DNA of 29,943 nucleotides from Natrialbaceae archaeon Tc-Br11_E2g8 (GCA_001564115.1 LKNG01000005.1:1-29943), one strand, 5' to 3'. Positions 1 to 9,659 are shown, counted from the first letter of the stretch. A program made the numbers and translations. The notes: a model not told the origin generated them from the sequence alone.

Positions 1-64
1 CCGGCGGGAGCGGTACGCCACGGAGGCCGACCGGATGCGGGCGACACACGCGCCCGACGACCCG

Positions 65-264
65 GTGTGACTGCCGGCCGAGGGCTCCGGCGTGACTGCC
101 GGCCGAGGGCTCCGGCGTGACTGCCGGTCGCAGGTTCCGGTGTGACTGCCGGTCGGGGGCTCCGGCGTGACTGCCGGCCGCGGGCTCCGGCGTGACTGCC
201 GGTCGGGGGCTCCGGCGTGACTGCCGGTCGGGGGCTCCGGCGTAACTGCCGGTCGCGGACGCGA
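65..264. repeat. Tandem direct-repeat array with no spacers: about 8 head-to-tail copies of a 25-bp unit. The last copies are degenerate.
   Basis: Read directly. The unit gtgactgccggccgagggctccggc recurs with point variants (ggtcgcaggttccggt, ggtcgggggctccggc, and others). The copies abut with no intervening unique spacers. Each junction reads ccggc-gtgact-gccgg, a 5-bp inverted repeat. The array ends about 50 bp upstream of the ABC ATPase start codon. Confidence 0.9.
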
Positions 265-316
265 ACGCCGTCACGAGTGGCAAACCTTTTAGCCGGTGGT
301 GCGATGATCCCGCTGT

Positions 317-1234
317 ATGCCCGCGATCACCGTCGACGCCCTCACCAAGGAGTACGGTGACACCGTTGCCCTCCGTGAGCTCTCTTTCGCCGTCGAGGAC
401 GGGGAAGTGTTCGGCTTCCTCGGGCCGAACGGCGCCGGGAAGTCGACCGCCATCAACGTCCTCCTGGACCTCGTCCGGCCGACCGCCGGCGGGGCGACCG
501 TCCTCGGGATGGACGCCCGGGAGGAGAGCAAGGCGATCCGCCGGCGAACCGGCGTCCTCCCCGAGGGGTTTCACGTCTACGACCGGCTCACCGGCCGCCA
601 GCACCTCGAGTTCGCGATCGAGTCGAAAGGGAGCGACGACGACCCCGGCGCGCTCCTAGAGCGGGTGGGAATCCCCGAGGCGGTCGATCGGAAAGCGGGG
701 GGCTACTCGAAGGGGATGGCCCAGCGGCTCCTGCTCGCGATGGCGCTGGTCGGCGACCCCGACCTGCTGATCCTCGACGAGCCCTCGACCGGGCTCGATC
801 CGAACGGCGCCCGCGAGATGCGCGAACTCATCCGCGAGGAAAACGCCGACGGGACGACCGTCTTCTTCTCCTCGCACATCTTAGAGCAGGTCGAGGCCGT
901 CTGTGACCGCGTGGGGATCCTGCGGGACGGCGAGATGGTCGCGACCGACACGATCGAAGGGCTTCGCGAGTCGGTCGGCTCGGGTGCCCGGCTGCGGGTG
1001 CGCGTCGACCGACTCGAGGACGACGCCCTCGCGGCGGTCCGTTCTCTCGACGGCGTGACGGCAGTCGAGGCGACCGACGGCGACCGGGGACCGGTCGTCA
1101 CCGTCGACTCGACGGGCTCGAAGACAGCGGTGCTTTCGGCCCTCGAGGAGTCGGGACTGACGGTCGAGGACTTCGCGACCCGGGAGGCCTCCCTCGAGGA
1201 GGTCTTCCGCTCGTACACGGAGGCGTCGGCATGA
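317..1234 (+). CDS. ABC transporter ATP-binding protein, ABC-2/NosF-like, with a C-terminal regulatory extension
   Basis: Walker A GPNGAGKST, Q-loop, signature-like YSKGMAQRL, Walker B LLILDEPSTGLD and H-loop SSHIL. The stop overlaps the downstream ATG as ATGA at 1231–1234. Confidence 0.9.
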   Translation: MPAITVDALTKEYGDTVALRELSFAVEDGEVFGFLGPNGAGKSTAINVLLDLVRPTAGGATVLGMDAREESKAIRRRTGVLPEGFHVYDRLTGRQHLEFAIESKGSDDDPGALLERVGIPEAVDRKAGGYSKGMAQRLLLAMALVGDPDLLILDEPSTGLDPNGAREMRELIREENADGTTVFFSSHILEQVEAVCDRVGILRDGEMVATDTIEGLRESVGSGARLRVRVDRLEDDALAAVRSLDGVTAVEATDGDRGPVVTVDSTGSKTAVLSALEESGLTVEDFATREASLEEVFRSYTEASA

Positions 1235-2100
1235 GCGTCGCCGCCGTCGCCCGGAAGGACTTCCGGGACGGGATCCGGTCCCGGCTGCTCTGGGGGCTGA
1301 TCGCGCTGTTCGTGGTCTCGATCGCCGGCTTCTCGGTGCTCGCCACCCGGAACGTCGACGGCGTCCAGGCCGAGGGGGAGCTCGCCATCCTCTTCGTGCT
1401 CGGGCTCTCGTTCGTGCTGGCGATCGTGGTCCTCGTCCCCCTGACCGGACTCGTCGTGAGCATCAAGTCGATCGTCCGCGAACGCGAGCTCGGGAGCCTG
1501 AAGATCCTCCTCTCGTTGCCCCACACCCGCAGGGAGGTGATCGTCGGCAAGTTCCTCGGCCGATCGGCGCTGCTGACGACGGCGATCCTCGCGGGCTTTC
1601 TGCCCGCCGGACTCGTCTTCGCGATCCGCGTCCCGGAGTTTCCGGTCCCGGAGTACCTCGCCTTTACGCTCGTGACGGTCCTGTTCGGGATCGTGTTCGT
1701 CGCCGTCGGCCTCGGCATCTCGGCGCTCGTGAGCACCGAAACCCGGGCGACCGTCGCCGGCGTCGGCGCCTTCTTCCTGCTCTATCTCTGGGACAACCTC
1801 TTTGGCTACGTCAACGCACAGCTGGATCTGCTCTCGGGGGACGCCCTGACGTTCGTCCTCCGATTCGACCTCTTTACGGTCTTTTTCGACGTGCTGTTGA
1901 CGCTGTTTTCCCTCCGGTACGACGACGTCCCCTCGGCGTCGGCGGCCGTCTCGGGCCAGCTCGCCGGAGGTCCCGAGGTGGCCGAGATCCCCGCCCAGCC
2001 GTTTTACCTCCAACACTGGTTCGCGCTCGTGATCCTCGCGCTGTGGATCGCGGTGCCGGTGGCGATCGGCTACCTCCGGTTCGAACGGGCCGACCTCTAG
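1231..2100 (+). CDS. ABC-2 family permease, the membrane partner of the preceding ATPase
   Basis: 289 aa with about 6 hydrophobic helices. It is translationally coupled to the ATPase through an ATGA overlap. An N-terminal cytoplasmic segment followed by a large first loop is typical of ABC-2 permeases. Confidence 0.8.
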   Translation: MSVAAVARKDFRDGIRSRLLWGLIALFVVSIAGFSVLATRNVDGVQAEGELAILFVLGLSFVLAIVVLVPLTGLVVSIKSIVRERELGSLKILLSLPHTRREVIVGKFLGRSALLTTAILAGFLPAGLVFAIRVPEFPVPEYLAFTLVTVLFGIVFVAVGLGISALVSTETRATVAGVGAFFLLYLWDNLFGYVNAQLDLLSGDALTFVLRFDLFTVFFDVLLTLFSLRYDDVPSASAAVSGQLAGGPEVAEIPAQPFYLQHWFALVILALWIAVPVAIGYLRFERADL

Positions 2101-2171
2101 GACGGCGCTCCGGGTCCGGAGGCCCCCGTGGAGGGGTGTGGATTTAGGCGACTCGGGCGCGTAGGACGGCC

Positions 2172-3110
2172 GTGACCGACTGTCTGTTCTACGGCGGCAA
2201 AGGCGGGGTCGGCAAGACCACCTGCGGGGCCGCGACCGGGCTCGCGCTCGCGGCGGCCGGCCGGGACGTCCTCGTCGTCTCGACCGATCCCGCCCACTCG
2301 CTCGCCGACGCCTACGGGATCGAGCTGGGGGCCGAACCGCGGGCGGTCCGCCCCGGCCTCGAGGCCGTCGAGGTCGATCCCGAGGCCCGCGCCGAGCGGT
2401 ACGAGCGGATCGCGACCGCGCTCGCGTCGGACCTCCGTGCGGCGGGCATTCGCCTCGAGGACGCGGAGGTCGAGCGGATCTTCGCGGCCGGGACGCCCGC
2501 CGGCGGCGACGAGCTCGCCGCGCTCGACCTCCTCGTCGAGTACGTCGAGGACGGCCGCTGGGACGTCGTCGTCTTCGATACGGCGCCGACGGGCCACACC
2601 CTCCGGCTGTTCGACCTCCCCGAGGTGCTCGGGTTGGCCCTCGAGACGACCCGGTCGCTTCGCGGACAGGTCCGCCGGATCGCCGACTCCGCCCGGCGGA
2701 TGACCATGGGGCCGCTGTCGTATCTCGGCGGCCGGGACGACGGCGGCGACGAGCTCGTGGCGCTCCGGGATCGGATCGAGCGGGCACACGCGGTGATCAC
2801 GGATCCCGACCGGACGGCGTTTCGGGTGGTGACGATCCCCGAACGGCTGGCGATCGCCGAGACCGAACGGCTGGTCGACCGGCTCGAGGCGGCGGAGGTG
2901 CCGGTTCGGTCGGTCGTCGTCAACCGCGTCCTCGAGGATCCCGATCCGGCGTGCTCGCGGTGTCGCTCGCGGACACGGGATCACCACGACCGGCTCGCCG
3001 AGATCGAGGGGACGTTCCCCGAGCTCGAGGTCCTCCGGCTGCCGGAGGTCGACGGGGAGCCGTCGGGTACGGAGGAGCTGGCCGCGATCGGCGAGCGGCT
3101 GGTCGGGTAG
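2172..3110 (+). CDS. ArsA/GET3-family anion-transporting-type ATPase
   Basis: GTG start. Deviant Walker A GGKGGVGKTT, the motif STDPAHSL (the family hallmark) and a CxxC pair (CSRCRS) like the GET3 zinc motif. Confidence 0.85.
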   Translation: MTDCLFYGGKGGVGKTTCGAATGLALAAAGRDVLVVSTDPAHSLADAYGIELGAEPRAVRPGLEAVEVDPEARAERYERIATALASDLRAAGIRLEDAEVERIFAAGTPAGGDELAALDLLVEYVEDGRWDVVVFDTAPTGHTLRLFDLPEVLGLALETTRSLRGQVRRIADSARRMTMGPLSYLGGRDDGGDELVALRDRIERAHAVITDPDRTAFRVVTIPERLAIAETERLVDRLEAAEVPVRSVVVNRVLEDPDPACSRCRSRTRDHHDRLAEIEGTFPELEVLRLPEVDGEPSGTEELAAIGERLVG

Positions 3111-3254
3111 CCGGGGCGACGACCCGGGCGGCCGTCGACGCGTCGAAGACACGAGTCGACGGCGTCGGTCGGCTGACGCCGGAGTATATAGAGACACGGA
3201 TCGGACCGGACCCCTCCCCCCCGAGACGGTGCTCTCGGTACCGGTACGTGTCAC

Positions 3255-3270
3255 AAAATATTATTCATAG
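3255..3270 (+). promoter_or_regulatory. AT-rich box, a candidate TATA element, upstream of phnD
   Basis: aaaatattattcatag is the only AT-rich stretch in otherwise GC-rich DNA. It is centred about 45 bp upstream of the phnD ATG. Confidence 0.35.
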
Positions 3271-3306
3271 CAAGGCTTACATCTGTTTCCCGACCGTTCT
3301 ACGACG

Positions 3307-4464
3307 ATGACGGATCCTGTCCGCGCCAACCGAATCCGGCCGACGAGAAGACAGTACCTGCTGGGAGGGGGAGTCGCCTTCACGACGGCACTGGCTGGCT
3401 GTCTCGGTGACGACGAGAGCCAGCCGGGCGACGACGGCAACGGCGGCGACGGCGGCGACGGAGGTGACGGCACCAGCGGAGACGACGACCCGTCGTTCCC
3501 CGACTGGGACCCGAACGATCCACAGTTCCCACAGCTCGTCTCGACGCTCCTCGCGGACGACTTCCACATCGGAACCGAGGAGCTGCTCGGGGAGATGGAA
3601 CCACGCGACGAGCCCCGGTACGGCAACGCGCCGATGGAGCCGCCGGAGGACGAAAGCGAGTGGCTCGACCCCGACACGCTCGATTTCTCGCTGGTTCCCA
3701 CCGAGGATCCGGACGCCTACACCGACGTGCTCGAACCACTGATCGACAACATCGAAGCGGAGACGGGCCGCGACGTCGTCGTCAACCCACTCGACTCCTA
3801 TGCGGCCCAGGTCGAGGCGATGAACGCCGAGCGACTACACGTTGCCGGCTTCGCCACCGGTGCGACGGCGTTCGCGGTGAACATCGCGGGTGCGGTTCCG
3901 TTCGGTATCCAGATCGCCGACGGGCAGTTCGGCTACCGTCTCTGGGTGATCACCCAGGCCGACAGCGACGTCGACTCCCTGGATGATATGGAGGGACGGT
4001 CGGTCACTCACGTCGAGGAGTCCTCGAACTCCGGCCACCAGGCACCCGCTGCCCTGTTCACGGCGGCCGGCGTCGAACCGGGGGAGGCGTACGACGTCTC
4101 GTTTTCGGGCAGCCACGAGAACAGCATCCGGGCGATCGCCGCGGGCGATTACGATGCCGCACCGATCGCGAGTACGGTCCTCCAGCGCCAGGTCGACGCC
4201 GGCCACGTCGATGCCGACGAGATCAAAGTCGTCTGGGCGAGCGATCCGTTTCCGACGACGTCGTTCTGTCATCACTACAAACTCACCCCGGAGCTCCGGG
4301 AGGGGATCGTGGCCGCTCACCTCGAGTACGACTACGCCGGCACCGCACTCGACGAGTACTTCGGACGCGATCGGTTCGCGCCGATCGACTACGCGACCCA
4401 CTGGGACGTCATCCTCGAGATACAGGAACAAAACGGGGTCGACTACCGCACCGAGGAGATCTGA
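3307..4464 (+). CDS. phnD: Phosphonate/phosphite ABC transporter substrate-binding lipoprotein (PhnD family)
   Basis: Tat motif RRQYLLGGGVAFTTALAGC with a lipobox Cys, followed by an acidic Gly/Asp linker. The mature domain matches the PhnD fold signature (…SGHQAPAALF…FSGSHENSIRAIAAGDYDAAPIAS…). It heads a phnC-phnE-phnE operon. Confidence 0.85.
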   Translation: MTDPVRANRIRPTRRQYLLGGGVAFTTALAGCLGDDESQPGDDGNGGDGGDGGDGTSGDDDPSFPDWDPNDPQFPQLVSTLLADDFHIGTEELLGEMEPRDEPRYGNAPMEPPEDESEWLDPDTLDFSLVPTEDPDAYTDVLEPLIDNIEAETGRDVVVNPLDSYAAQVEAMNAERLHVAGFATGATAFAVNIAGAVPFGIQIADGQFGYRLWVITQADSDVDSLDDMEGRSVTHVEESSNSGHQAPAALFTAAGVEPGEAYDVSFSGSHENSIRAIAAGDYDAAPIASTVLQRQVDAGHVDADEIKVVWASDPFPTTSFCHHYKLTPELREGIVAAHLEYDYAGTALDEYFGRDRFAPIDYATHWDVILEIQEQNGVDYRTEEI

Positions 4465-4473
4465 CCTCGGTCG

Positions 4474-5331
4474 ATGCTCTCGATCTCGACCCTCGGAAAG
4501 ACGTACGGAACGGGCGAGCGCGCCCTCGACGACGTCTCGTTCGACGTGGAGGGAAGCCAGGTCGTCGCCGTGATCGGGCCCAGCGGTGCCGGAAAGAGCA
4601 CCCTGATCCGGTGTATCAACCGACTGACCGAGCCCACGGACGGGGAGGTGCGACTCGACGGGACGAACCTGACGTCGCTTTCGAACCGCGAGCTGCGCGC
4701 CGCGCGCCGCGAGATCGGGATGGTCTTCCAGGAGTACGCGCTGGTCGAGCGGCTGACCGTGATGGAGAACGTGCTGTCGGGTCGACTCGGCTACGTGAGC
4801 ACGTGGCGGGGCTTTCGCCGGAAGTTCCCACAGGAGGACGTCCAGCAGGCGTACGCCACCCTCGACCGCGTCGGACTTCGTGGCCACGAGGACGACCGGG
4901 CGGACGAACTCTCCGGCGGACAGCGCCAGCGTGTCGGCATCGCCCGTGCGGTGCTCCAGCGTCCGAAGATCGTGCTCGCCGACGAGCCGACGAGCAGCCT
5001 CGACCCCGAAACCTCACGGGCGGTGATGGAGCTGCTGACCGAGATCGCCAGAGAGGAGTCCATCCCGGTCCTGATAAACATCCACGAGGTGCCACTCGCG
5101 AGAGAACACGCCGATCGGATCATCGGGCTGACCGACGGCAAACTGGTGTTCGACGGCACGCCCGACGAACTCGACGACCGGGCTCTCGACCGGATCTACC
5201 GCTCGGAAGAGCCCGGAGGGAACGCCGACCGGCAGGGGACGCCCGAGCCAGAACCCACCGCGGGAGACGACGTGAACCCGCCGCTCGAACGGGTGAAAGC
5301 CGACGCCCGATCGTCCCCGGAGGGCCGATGA
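4474..5331 (+). CDS. phnC: Phosphonate ABC transporter ATP-binding protein
   Basis: Walker [19 protein letters not shown] and Walker [13 protein letters not shown]. PhnC-typical segments LIRCINRL and INIHEVPLA are present. The stop overlaps the next ATG (ATGA at 5328–5331). Confidence 0.9.
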   Translation: MLSISTLGKTYGTGERALDDVSFDVEGSQVVAVIGPSGAGKSTLIRCINRLTEPTDGEVRLDGTNLTSLSNRELRAARREIGMVFQEYALVERLTVMENVLSGRLGYVSTWRGFRRKFPQEDVQQAYATLDRVGLRGHEDDRADELSGGQRQRVGIARAVLQRPKIVLADEPTSSLDPETSRAVMELLTEIAREESIPVLINIHEVPLAREHADRIIGLTDGKLVFDGTPDELDDRALDRIYRSEEPGGNADRQGTPEPEPTAGDDVNPPLERVKADARSSPEGR

Positions 5332-6176
5332 CCGGGACACGGCCGATAGACGCCTACGAGACCGAGTGGCGGCGGCCGACGGTCTTCGCGAGCCACCGGA
5401 CCAAGTGGATCGTCTACGGGCTCGGCATCGCGTTTCTCGCGTGGAACGTCTGGGAGGCTCGCGTCTCCCTCGAGCGGTTCGTCTACGGTCTGGGACAGGG
5501 CGCCGTACTCCTCGAGGGGATGGTGCCACCGGACTTCGGCGTCAGCGTCACCGCGAACGGTATCGAGACCGAACGGAGCTTCTGGCGGATCTACGAGGGG
5601 ATGGTCGAGACGCTCGCGATGTCGATCGTCGCGACCGTCGCCGGCGTCGCGATCAGCGTGCCGGTCGCGGTGATGGCGGCGGAGAACCTCGTTCCACGTC
5701 CGGTGTACTACGTCGGCCGGGCGATCGTCTCGGTGACCCGCGCCATGCACGAGCTGATCGTCGGCATCGTCCTCGTCGTCGGCTTCGGCTTCGGGGCGCT
5801 GGCCGGCGTGCTGGCACTCGTGTTCGCGACGCCGGGGTTTTTCGCCAAGCTGCTGGCCGAGGACCTAGAGGACATAGACCCCGCACAGCTCGACGCCGTC
5901 CGATCGACCGGGGCGGGCCCGCTTTCCGTTCTCGTCTACGGCGTCCTGCCACAGGTGCTCCCGCGGATGATCGGGCTGACGATCTACCGCTGGGACATCA
6001 ACCTCCGGGCGAGCACCATCCTCGGCATCGTCGGCGCCGGCGGGATCGGCGCGACGCTCAACACCGCCTTCAACACCTACGAGTACGACTACGCCATGGC
6101 GATACTCCTCGCGATCATCGCCCTCGTCGTCCTCGGAGAGATAATAAGCGCGTACACGAGACGGAGGGTCCAGTGA
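5328..6176 (+). CDS. phnE: Phosphonate ABC transporter permease
   Basis: Polytopic membrane protein carrying the PhnE/binding-protein-dependent permease EAA-like region (…[23 protein letters not shown]…[23 protein letters not shown]). The true start is an ATG inside the longer six-frame ORF 4611..6176. Confidence 0.85.
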   Translation: MTGTRPIDAYETEWRRPTVFASHRTKWIVYGLGIAFLAWNVWEARVSLERFVYGLGQGAVLLEGMVPPDFGVSVTANGIETERSFWRIYEGMVETLAMSIVATVAGVAISVPVAVMAAENLVPRPVYYVGRAIVSVTRAMHELIVGIVLVVGFGFGALAGVLALVFATPGFFAKLLAEDLEDIDPAQLDAVRSTGAGPLSVLVYGVLPQVLPRMIGLTIYRWDINLRASTILGIVGAGGIGATLNTAFNTYEYDYAMAILLAIIALVVLGEIISAYTRRRVQ

Positions 6177-6177
6177 G

Positions 6178-6996
6178 ATGGCGGACACGGAGGACCGTGA
6201 CGGCGTGACGGAGTACCCCGAGTGGAACCGACACGACGTGACGACCAGGCTCGTCCGGTTTCTCGGCTTGCTTGGCGCGGTGTCCCTGACGGTGCTCGCG
6301 TGGCGAGGGCTCGGCGTCAGATACGAGTACGTGGCGTCGGCCCCCACCGAGATCCGGAACCTGTTCGGCCGGATGTACCCCCCCGACGTCGCGTACACCG
6401 GCGACATCGTGACGCCGATGCTTCACACGGTGAACATCGCCGTCGTCGGGACGCTCGGGGCGATCTGCCTGGCGCTCCCGGTCGCGTACCTCGGGGCACG
6501 GAACACCACGCCGAACGACGCCACGTACGCCATCGGTAAGCTCATCATCTCGGGGTCGCGGTCGGTCCACTCGATCATCTGGGCGCTCGTCTTCGTCATC
6601 ATGTTCGGGACGGGCGTCCTGGCGGGCATCCTGGCCGTGACGTTCCGTTCGATCGGGTTCATCGCCAAACTGCTGGCCGAGGAGATCGAAGAGATCGACG
6701 AGACGGCCGTCGAGGCGGTGCGGGCGACCGGTGGTGGTCCACTCGACGTGTTGATCTACGGCGTCGTGCCACAGGTGAAAGCCGGCTTCGTCGGGATCGC
6801 CGTCTACCGCTGGGACATCAACGTCCGGGAGGCGACGATCATCGGGCTCGTCGGCGCCGGCGGGATCGGCGTCGAACTCAACAACCGGATCAACGCCTTC
6901 GACTGGCCCGCAGTGCTCACCATCCTGCTCGCGATCCTGGCCGTCGTGCTCGTAAGCGAGTTCGTCTCGGCGTACGCGAGACGGATGGTCAGGTGA
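6178..6996 (+). CDS. phnE: Phosphonate ABC transporter permease, second copy
   Basis: A paralogue of the preceding gene with the same conserved block (…LLAEEIEEIDETAVEAVRATGGG…VYRWDINVREATIIGLVGAGGIG). It starts 2 nt after the previous stop. Confidence 0.85.
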   Translation: MADTEDRDGVTEYPEWNRHDVTTRLVRFLGLLGAVSLTVLAWRGLGVRYEYVASAPTEIRNLFGRMYPPDVAYTGDIVTPMLHTVNIAVVGTLGAICLALPVAYLGARNTTPNDATYAIGKLIISGSRSVHSIIWALVFVIMFGTGVLAGILAVTFRSIGFIAKLLAEEIEEIDETAVEAVRATGGGPLDVLIYGVVPQVKAGFVGIAVYRWDINVREATIIGLVGAGGIGVELNNRINAFDWPAVLTILLAILAVVLVSEFVSAYARRMVR

Positions 6997-7057
6997 CGGT
7001 CCACCGCGATTCCGTCCGAACCGACACCGACGAACGAGAGGGTAGACACCGAATACG

Positions 7058-7762
7058 ATGACCGAAACCACCGACACGGGCGGACCGAACGAGATCCCAC
7101 CGGCGATCCTCTTCGACATGGACGGCGTCGTCCTCGAGGGACGAGGGACCGATCCCTCCGTCTACGAACGCGCCGCGGACGCCGCGGTCGAGTCACTCGG
7201 CGTGGAGCCGACCGACGACCAGCTCGCGGGGCTCAGAGCACACGGCTACGACGCCGTCGAGGGACACTGTGAGACGCTCGGGGTCGACCCTACCGAGTTC
7301 TGGAGGCTGAAAGAGCGCTTTGCCTCCGAGATCTCGAGCGGTCGTCTCCAGTCGGGCCGTCGTGGCGTGTACGCCGACGCCGACGTGATCCGATCGATCG
7401 CCTCCGAGACGACGACCGCGCTCGTGAGCAACAACCGACACGAGACCGTCGAGTTCGTCGCCGACTACTTTCGCTTCCCGTTCGACGCGGTCCGGGGCCG
7501 CGATCCGACCCCGGCCGGCTTTCGCCGGCGGAAACCGGATCCGGCGTACCTGCTCGAGACCCTCGACGCGCTCGACGTCGACGACGGGATCTACGTCGGT
7601 GACCGCGAGACCGACGTCGTCGCCGCCGAACGCGCCGGCCTCGAGGCGGCGTATCTCAGACGCCCGCACAACCGAACGCGGCCGCTGCCGGAGGGCTCGA
7701 CCTACGAGCTACACTCCCTGGAGGAGCTTCTCGGGATCGTCGGGGCCGCTCACCCGTCGTAG
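7058..7762 (+). CDS. HAD-superfamily hydrolase, a phosphatase or phosphonatase-like enzyme
   Basis: HAD motif I FDMDGVV, motif II LVSNN and motif III/IV region K…YVGDRETDVVAA. It sits immediately downstream of the phn operon on the same strand. Confidence 0.8.
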   Translation: MTETTDTGGPNEIPPAILFDMDGVVLEGRGTDPSVYERAADAAVESLGVEPTDDQLAGLRAHGYDAVEGHCETLGVDPTEFWRLKERFASEISSGRLQSGRRGVYADADVIRSIASETTTALVSNNRHETVEFVADYFRFPFDAVRGRDPTPAGFRRRKPDPAYLLETLDALDVDDGIYVGDRETDVVAAERAGLEAAYLRRPHNRTRPLPEGSTYELHSLEELLGIVGAAHPS

Positions 7763-8367
7763 CTGATCAGCCCGTCGGCGGCCGCCGCCAGCTCGGCCGC
7801 CCGTCCGTCGAAGGAGTCGGCGTACCGGACGAGCAACACCAGCACGGTCTCGGGGCGTTCGACGGCGTAGCCGTCCTCCCGGGAGAGCAGACCGGCCGTC
7901 TCGAGTTCGCCGGCGTACTTGCTGATCGTCGGCGCGGAGACGTCGAGGCTCGCGGCCAGCTCGCTCGCGGTCGCCTCGGGGGTCGAGAGCAACTCGACGA
8001 GCATCCCCCTGGGGGTCGGCCGGCGGAGGTAGCCGAGGGCGGCCCGCTCGAACTCGTCGAACCGGCCGGCCGGCACGAACCGCTTGTAGTCGCCGTCGGC
8101 GTAGCTCTCGATCACGTCGGCCTCCTCGAGACGCCGGAGGTGGTGTTGGGCCTCTCCGGTGCCGAGCTGGAGGTCGTCTCTGATCTTCGAGAAGTGGGCA
8201 CCGGGGGTCGCAGCGAGGTAGCCGGCGATCGCGTCGCGGGCGGCGCTGTCGCCCGGATCGGCGCTCGCACGCTCGGGGAAGCCGACGACGGGCGCGGCGG
8301 CCCCGAGGGCGGCAAAGCGTCTCAGCGTCGCCCGTTTTCTCTCGTCGACCCCGTCTCGCGACCCCAT
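7750..8367 (-). CDS. Transcriptional regulator with two winged helix-turn-helix domains
   Basis: Two segments fit the wHTH pattern: …AHFSKIRDDLQLGTGEAQHHLRRLEEADVIES… and …ASELAASLDVSAPTISKYAGELETAGLLSRE…. The 3' end overlaps the HAD gene by 13 bp in convergent orientation. Confidence 0.6.
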   Translation of the reverse strand: MGSRDGVDERKRATLRRFAALGAAAPVVGFPERASADPGDSAARDAIAGYLAATPGAHFSKIRDDLQLGTGEAQHHLRRLEEADVIESYADGDYKRFVPAGRFDEFERAALGYLRRPTPRGMLVELLSTPEATASELAASLDVSAPTISKYAGELETAGLLSREDGYAVERPETVLVLLVRYADSFDGRAAELAAAADGLISYDG

Positions 8368-8443
8368 CTACCCGCACGGAGGGGACCACGCCTAAAACGC
8401 GTTTCGGCCCGCTTCGTTCACCGAACCCTGAGCGTCACGGCGA

Positions 8444-9568
8444 CTAGCTGGTGAACTCCTGGTCCATCTCTTCGATGACCTCGTCGGGGTCTTTGATCTC
8501 GGCCGTGTCCTCGCCCTCCTGGATCGCCTGGGCCTGCTGTTCCATCGCCTCGATGTCGAGTTCGGCCTCCTCGTCGATCTCGCCGATGATCTCGGCGATG
8601 TCGTCGAGCCCGATCAGCTCGCGGGTCTCGTCGTCGAACTCCAGGCTGTCGAGGACGTGGCCGTCCTCTTTGACGTCGCTGCCGGTGAGGTGTTTGCCGT
8701 AGCGGCCGACCATCGAGGACAGCTCCTGGGGCACGATGAACGTCGAGGACTCGCTCTGGCCGATCTCGGCGAGGGTCTCCATTCCCTTCTCGATGACGGC
8801 GCGCTCGCCCATCGACTCGGCCGAGCGGGCCCGCAGGACGGTCGAGATGGCGTCACCCTGGGCCTCGAGGATCTGGCTCTGTTTCTCACCCTGGGCGCGG
8901 ATGATGTTCGACTGTTTGTCACCTTCCGCCTTCTCGACGGCGCTGCGGCGTTCACCCTGTGCCTCGAGGATCATGGCACGGCGTTTGCGCTCGGCGGAGG
9001 TCTGTTGTTCCATCGCGCGCTGGACGTCCTTCGAGGGGTTGACCTCGCGGACCTCCACGCTCTCGACGCGGATCCCCCACTCGTCGGTGGGCTCGTCGAG
9101 CTCCGTCCGGATGCGGGCGTTTATCTCCTCTCGCTTCGAGAGCGTGTCGTCGAGTTCCATGTCGCCGATGACGGCACGGAGGGTCGTCTGGGCGAGGTTC
9201 GAGACGGCGCGTTTGTAGTCGTCGACCTCGAGGAACGCCTTCTTGGCGTCCATCACCTTGATGTAGACGACGGCGTCGGCGGTCACCGGGGAGTTGTCGC
9301 GGGTGATCGCCTCCTGGCGCGGGACGTCCAGGGTCTGTGTACGCATGTCGAACTTGTAGGTCTTCGAGACGAACGGCGGCACGAAGTTGATGCCCGGCTC
9401 GAGTAGCTTCCGGTACTCGCCGAACACCGTCAACGCGCGCTTCTCGTAGGCGTTGACGATCTCGATCGCGCTCATCAGGGCGGCGATCACGACGACCAAC
9501 ACGAGCGCGCCGACGGCGAGCCCGGCGGTGCCGAGATCTACCTGTAGGATCGTGGCTTCGGGGAACAT
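8444..9568 (-). CDS. SPFH/Band-7 (stomatin/prohibitin-like) membrane protein with an acidic C-terminal tail
   Basis: One N-terminal TM helix, then the SPFH core (…ITRDNSPVTADAVVYIKVMDAKKAF…) and a coiled-coil segment rich in A/E/Q repeats. It lies directly downstream of an NfeD gene. Confidence 0.9.
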   Translation of the reverse strand: MFPEATILQVDLGTAGLAVGALVLVVVIAALMSAIEIVNAYEKRALTVFGEYRKLLEPGINFVPPFVSKTYKFDMRTQTLDVPRQEAITRDNSPVTADAVVYIKVMDAKKAFLEVDDYKRAVSNLAQTTLRAVIGDMELDDTLSKREEINARIRTELDEPTDEWGIRVESVEVREVNPSKDVQRAMEQQTSAERKRRAMILEAQGERRSAVEKAEGDKQSNIIRAQGEKQSQILEAQGDAISTVLRARSAESMGERAVIEKGMETLAEIGQSESSTFIVPQELSSMVGRYGKHLTGSDVKEDGHVLDSLEFDDETRELIGLDDIAEIIGEIDEEAELDIEAMEQQAQAIQEGEDTAEIKDPDEVIEEMDQEFTS

Positions 9569-9659
9569 ACACGTCCTTTACGGGGGTAAGGTGAAAAACG
9601 TTCGCTTGGTACCGCCTGACTCGTTCGTGCTCGTCGCGACCCGCTCGCGGTCGATATTC

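Noticed and set aside
65-264. CRISPR array
   Set aside because: The 25-bp repeats are contiguous with no unique spacers between them, and there are no cas genes in the window. It is a minisatellite or tandem array rather than a CRISPR.
2101-2171. An intrinsic terminator after the ABC permease (ctccgg-gt-ccggag)
   Set aside because: The loop is too small and there is no following T-run. Haloarchaeal termination normally relies on T-stretches.
703-2787. A 694-aa ORF on the minus strand, and many other long Arg/Pro-rich ORFs throughout the track (for example 3835..4887-, 5866..6407-, 10748..11992-, 16341..17282-, 17105..18250-, 24102..25553-, 25590..27482-, 26246..26938-)
   Set aside because: These are antisense or off-frame shadows of real genes in about 68 % GC DNA. 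Their composition is R/P/G-rich and not acidic, they overlap well-supported genes on the other strand, and they contain no recognisable motifs.
4611-6176. A 521-aa ORF spanning phnC/phnE in one frame
   Set aside because: Only the C-terminal 283 aa from the ATG at 5328 form the PhnE permease. The upstream part is an out-of-frame overlap with phnC.
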